64,000 bases of DNA from IMG/VR virus record IMGVR_UViG_3300043788_000134, positions 1-64,000 of that record; one strand, written 5' to 3'. Positions 60,889-64,000 of this stretch are shown one piece after another. Position 1 is the first letter of the stretch; each line of letters starts with the position of its first letter. A program made the translations under genes and the position numbers. The stretch comes from a virus. Under the pieces are notes generated by a model, which had not been told where the DNA came from, searched no databases, and worked only from the letters and a program-made list of their open reading frames with translations.

Positions 60889-61479
60889 CTAATTTGTAAG
60901 AGCCACAACTGGCATCATCGGCACCGCCGATGTAGTCACCGTAGCGGGTGGTAACCGATCGTTTCCGTTTCGCACCTTGCGCTCACGATCGCGCGTGTGA
61001 CCGCGCCACAAGTACAAGTCTGGCGCCGTTTCAGTTTCCTTGCCATAAACAAAGAACGCTCCTGCCGGATTCCCCAGGGATTTGTGATAAAGGCGCACCT
61101 TCGCTTCCATGCGCTTACTCGTCAAAACACCTATCACCAATGGTATTTTTATCTCGTCGGAACATTTCTTCGCGAATTCAACCAACGAGAGTGCGTAATC
61201 GGATTTTCGGTAGGGTGCTCGAATAAAATTGAACAATTCTTCAAGATGATTGTCGCGGCTGTACCAGAACGAACTAATCAGCATGTAGATCGCACCGGCA
61301 ATCTCGCTTTTGCCGTCAATCACTCCGATGATTCCGCCGTTGCGGTTAAAAGCGCGATCCAACATCTCGCGCACCATGCTATCATCCATCTCAAAGATGC
61401 CATTATCGGCGTGCAATTCCTTGCACAGCCGCATCAAATCGGCTTCGTCGGCGCGCGTGGCGAGACGGACTACGGTCAT
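60889..61479 (-). CDS. GNAT-family N-acetyltransferase
   Basis: ORF 60889-61545. ATG 61479 overlaps the upstream stop. MTVVRLATRADEADLMRL...GGIIGVIDG...AGAIYML is a GNAT-like pattern. Confidence 0.6.
   Translation of the reverse strand: MTVVRLATRADEADLMRLCKELHADNGIFEMDDSMVREMLDRAFNRNGGIIGVIDGKSEIAGAIYMLISSFWYSRDNHLEELFNFIRAPYRKSDYALSLVEFAKKCSDEIKIPLVIGVLTSKRMEAKVRLYHKSLGNPAGAFFVYGKETETAPDLYLWRGHTRDRERKVRNGNDRLPPATVTTSAVPMMPVVALTN
60950..61012 (+). repeat. possible degenerate TGACC-box element
   Basis: GGTAACCGATCGTTTCCG...GCGCGTGTGACCGCGCCACAAG lies within the 3' tail of the GNAT ORF. Both ends match only weakly. Confidence 0.3.
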
Positions 61480-62273
61480 GACTTTGCCGGCCCCGGCAAC
61501 TTCCGAAGCGTGCGGATGTGCTCCCTGCGATTGGCTTTCACCCATTCATCCAGAATCCGATGTCCACGATCGATATCGCCACCGCCCACCGCGGCAACAT
61601 CGGTCGGACTGATCGAGAATTCTCCGCCCGCCGCCATGATCGGCACATTGCCGCCGCCGCTTCCGCGAGCACCGCCACGGTCGCTCATCGTTCGCGGCGG
61701 CATCGCGCCACGTCCCATCGGCGCCGAACGCTGCACCGAATTTGGAAACATGCGGCTCAGGATTTTCATACCTGCGAGCGTATTGCCTTGACCGAGCGAA
61801 CTGACGTGATCCGCAGGCAGTATATACGAAGACGAAGGAACATCGATGGCGTGATTATCAGTTCGCCCCGGCACCGCGCTCAGTATCGGCCCGGTATGAG
61901 CCAGACTCTGCGCTTCGTTGCGGACATAAAACGGCATCTGCCCCACGCCTGCGGTAGCTCCGCCATCGGCCTTGAGCGCCGACAAGTTCGGCCGCGAGAA
62001 ACCAAGACCGCGGGCTTCGTTGCGGACGAAGAAAGGCGGCGACGCCGTCGGCGGCTTGAACGGCGCCACCGGTTTCGGGATGGAGATTTTAGGAGCGGTG
62101 CCGCCCATGGCGCGCGTGGCTTTGCGTGCCACGTTCAAAGCGATAGCCACGGCCTGCTTGTCGGCTTTTTCTTTTCCGAACTTCGCTGCCGTATGAGCGA
62201 ACGTTTTTCCCGTATGCAGTTCACGGATGTTTTCCGACACTGCGTTTTTACTTCCTGATTTAATCAATGGCAT
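61476..62273 (-). CDS. GG-motif protein (virion-internal?)
   Basis: 265 aa. AMGGTAP, KADGGATAG, DRGGARGSGGG and MAAGGEF motifs. Duplicated FFVRNEARGLGF / FYVRNEAQSLAH segment. The ATG abuts the GTGACC end of element 62276-62315. Confidence 0.55.
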   Translation of the reverse strand: MPLIKSGSKNAVSENIRELHTGKTFAHTAAKFGKEKADKQAVAIALNVARKATRAMGGTAPKISIPKPVAPFKPPTASPPFFVRNEARGLGFSRPNLSALKADGGATAGVGQMPFYVRNEAQSLAHTGPILSAVPGRTDNHAIDVPSSSYILPADHVSSLGQGNTLAGMKILSRMFPNSVQRSAPMGRGAMPPRTMSDRGGARGSGGGNVPIMAAGGEFSISPTDVAAVGGGDIDRGHRILDEWVKANRREHIRTLRKLPGPAKS

Positions 62274-62275
62274 GT

Positions 62276-62315
62276 GGTGACCGCACCGTTATCGCTCCGC
62301 GTTCGTGATCCAAAG
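62276..62315 (+). repeat. TGACC-box intergenic element, class A
   Basis: GGTGACCGCACCGTTATCGCTCCGCGTTCGTGATCCAAAG. It ends 3 nt from the stop of 62319-62723. Antisense. Confidence 0.85.
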
Positions 62316-62318
62316 CAA

Positions 62319-62723
62319 CTACGCCGGATTCACAATGCCATATAGAAACGTCTCCGATCCCGACGCCACGCCCGTTGCCGTGGACACCACGAATCCCGAT
62401 CCTGCGGTGACCACCGACAGATAAAGCCCGTGATTGAGCACTGTCAACGCTGCCGTGAGATTCGTCGGCGCCCATAGGGGAAAACCTCCGCTTTTCAAGC
62501 CGGTCTGGCTGATCGTCGTGGTAGTGGCGTTGGCAAGCGTGAACGATCCCATGGCCTGCGGGAATACGTTGATGATCGCGGTCGCTACCGCGGCGATGGC
62601 GGCGACGAGATTGGCGTTGCCGGTGACAAGCGAAGTTCCCAACGCCTGGATTTGCGCCGCCTCGTTCGAGATATTGGTGACGATGCCCTTGAGCGTCGAA
62701 TTGATGTCGTCGGGGGAGGCCAT
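62319..62723 (-). CDS. small fibre-like structural protein (bracketed by inverted elements)
   Basis: ORF track, 134 aa, A/T/G/N-rich. Confidence 0.55.
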   Translation of the reverse strand: MASPDDINSTLKGIVTNISNEAAQIQALGTSLVTGNANLVAAIAAVATAIINVFPQAMGSFTLANATTTTISQTGLKSGGFPLWAPTNLTAALTVLNHGLYLSVVTAGSGFVVSTATGVASGSETFLYGIVNPA

Positions 62724-62733
62724 GGCTCAGGTT

Positions 62734-62772
62734 TTATGGGTTACGAGAGACAGGGATTATGGTGCGGTCAAC
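62734..62772 (-). repeat. TGACC-box intergenic element, class A
   Basis: Reverse complement is GTTGACCGCACCATAATCCCTGTCTCTCGTAACCCATAA. Sense to 62319-62723. It directly abuts 62773-62822. Confidence 0.8.
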
Positions 62773-62822
62773 GTTGACCGAATCCGGCGCAATTCCAACG
62801 AAAGCCCTCTCGTGATCCAAAG
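62773..62822 (+). repeat. TGACC-box intergenic element, class B2
   Basis: GTTGACCGAATCCGGCGCAATTCCAACGAAAGCCCTCTCGTGATCCAAAG. Its end abuts the stop at 62823. With the previous copy it forms the GTCAACGTTGAC junction. Confidence 0.85.
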
Positions 62823-64000
62823 CTACCTCCTGCCTACTGACTGCTGGTACCGATATCTTACCTTACCCAATCGCCAGAAGCTTCCCGTATCTAAGTTCTG
62901 CACTTCAATCGCCATCTGCCGTCCCCGCATCCGCGTGGTAAAAAACTCCGTGCTTGACGTGACGCTATAGGGTCCAAACACCTGCGGCGAATCGCCTGGA
63001 TAATTTACGACATAGAACGTCATGAGGATAGTCGCACCGCTTGTTCCGGGATAAAATCCCCACTTGAAATCCGGGTAAATCTGATCGACCATCACGAAGT
63101 CTTCGCCTTCGGCAATCATGAAATACCCCGTCGTAAACGAGGCATTGAGCGCCGCACCGGCGGCATCGTTGGTCGTTTCGTGCTGATAGACGTTGCCTTG
63201 CGGCGTCGCTGCGATCGGCATTCCCAACGCGCCCTGATCGATCCAAGCCGAGCGCGACAACGACCCGTAGTCCCATGGCGCATTCGGTTCGGTGATGTTC
63301 ATCTTGACGTAGGAATCGCATTCGCCGGTCGCCGAGGCGCTTGACGGAAACAGCCAGCCGCATTCGTTAAACGGCGTATTCGGCATGGCACGCACATTTT
63401 GCGTATAATTCAGGTTTATGTTCTGAAACACAAAATCCCATACCGAACACGGCAGCACCGCTACACCATTTGACGTGAGCGCATAGAAATTATTCTGCCC
63501 CATCCAATAGACATTCCCGCGCAAACTTTGCACCGCATGCGAGGAAATCGCCCCAGCCCCAGCCCCGATTTGGTTGAAGCCAAACACATCGGGAGGCCCT
63601 ATATAATTCATCGCCCACAAGTCCAAATCCGTCCAGATCAAGTCCTGGTTGGCAACTGCTGCCCCTGCCATGATCTTCGAGCCGCGCGGAATACGGAACG
63701 ATCCGGCTTGGTCGGTCGCCAGTACGGCAAAATTCGTATAGTCGCCAACCGTGGACCACTTGACCAGCAACGGGTCCTGAATCACGCCGATATCTTCATT
63801 CGTGGTGGAAGCCCAGCAGATCAAAACTTGCTGTGTCGTCGAAACGAAAATGCCGCCATTGAACGGCGGTGCTGTTGCGACCAATCCGGCATTACTGAAT
63901 CCGCCAGTCGGATCGTATTGATAGACACCGCCGCCCTTGGGACACTCCAAAAGAATCTCGCCCCAATTGTCGGATGTCCAATCGGCCGCCGTGATCGGCG
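62823..64000 (-). CDS. tail/virion structural protein, C-terminal part (ORF open to right edge)
   Basis: ORF 62823-63950 in the track starts at a TTG, but the frame stays open to 64000 (...PITAADWTSDNWGEILLECPKGGG...). Confidence 0.6.
   Translation of the reverse strand, partial: PITAADWTSDNWGEILLECPKGGGVYQYDPTGGFSNAGLVATAPPFNGGIFVSTTQQVLICWASTTNEDIGVIQDPLLVKWSTVGDYTNFAVLATDQAGSFRIPRGSKIMAGAAVANQDLIWTDLDLWAMNYIGPPDVFGFNQIGAGAGAISSHAVQSLRGNVYWMGQNNFYALTSNGVAVLPCSVWDFVFQNINLNYTQNVRAMPNTPFNECGWLFPSSASATGECDSYVKMNITEPNAPWDYGSLSRSAWIDQGALGMPIAATPQGNVYQHETTNDAAGAALNASFTTGYFMIAEGEDFVMVDQIYPDFKWGFYPGTSGATILMTFYVVNYPGDSPQVFGPYSVTSSTEFFTTRMRGRQMAIEVQNLDTGSFWRLGKVRYRYQQSVGRR

Overview
The whole window reads as one GC-rich tailed-phage genome segment. 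It looks temperate, so it is either a prophage interior or a permuted phage contig. I saw no host housekeeping genes. All coordinates and counts below were made by hand from the sequence and the ORF track.

Layout:
- 1-30.8 kb, minus strand: signal-peptide fibre-like proteins; a capsid module; an embedded ~7 kb cluster of radical-SAM, glycosyltransferase and sugar-nucleotide reductase genes; scaffold, GroES-like and portal genes; terminase small and large subunits; a replication-organiser-like gene; an N6-adenine DNA methyltransferase. The arm ends at an XRE/CI-like repressor.
- 30.9-47.96 kb, plus strand: early and accessory genes. These include an IS1595-family insertion carrying a trypsin-like protease, a tyrosine integrase, a DHH/DHHA1 phosphoesterase and a SLOG/DUF2493 protein. 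The arm ends in a complete tRNA-Arg(UCU).
- 47.99-64 kb, minus strand: a multi-enzyme lysis region (M15 peptidase, RlpA-like protein, GH25 lysozyme, GxSxG hydrolase, nucleosidase-like protein); a second IS1595-type transposase; and a large ejection/fibre operon that runs off the right edge.

The most unusual signal is a family of at least 30 copies of a 39-50 bp intergenic element. It has a conserved G(G/T)TGACCG end and a conserved CTCTC(G/A)TGA(C/T)CCAAAG end.
- Neighbouring copies mostly alternate in orientation, so they bracket single genes or gene blocks.
- Start codons lie inside the CCAAAG end of several copies, and stop codons abut that same end of others.
- One copy is split by the IS1595 insertion.

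I cannot assign a function to the element from sequence alone. Other notable items are the radical-SAM/glycosyltransferase island inside the head operon, a hexanucleotide-repeat (G/S/Y/D-rich) protein, a Peptidase_S74 chaperone domain in the middle of a 1146-aa protein, and a family of basic GG-motif proteins.
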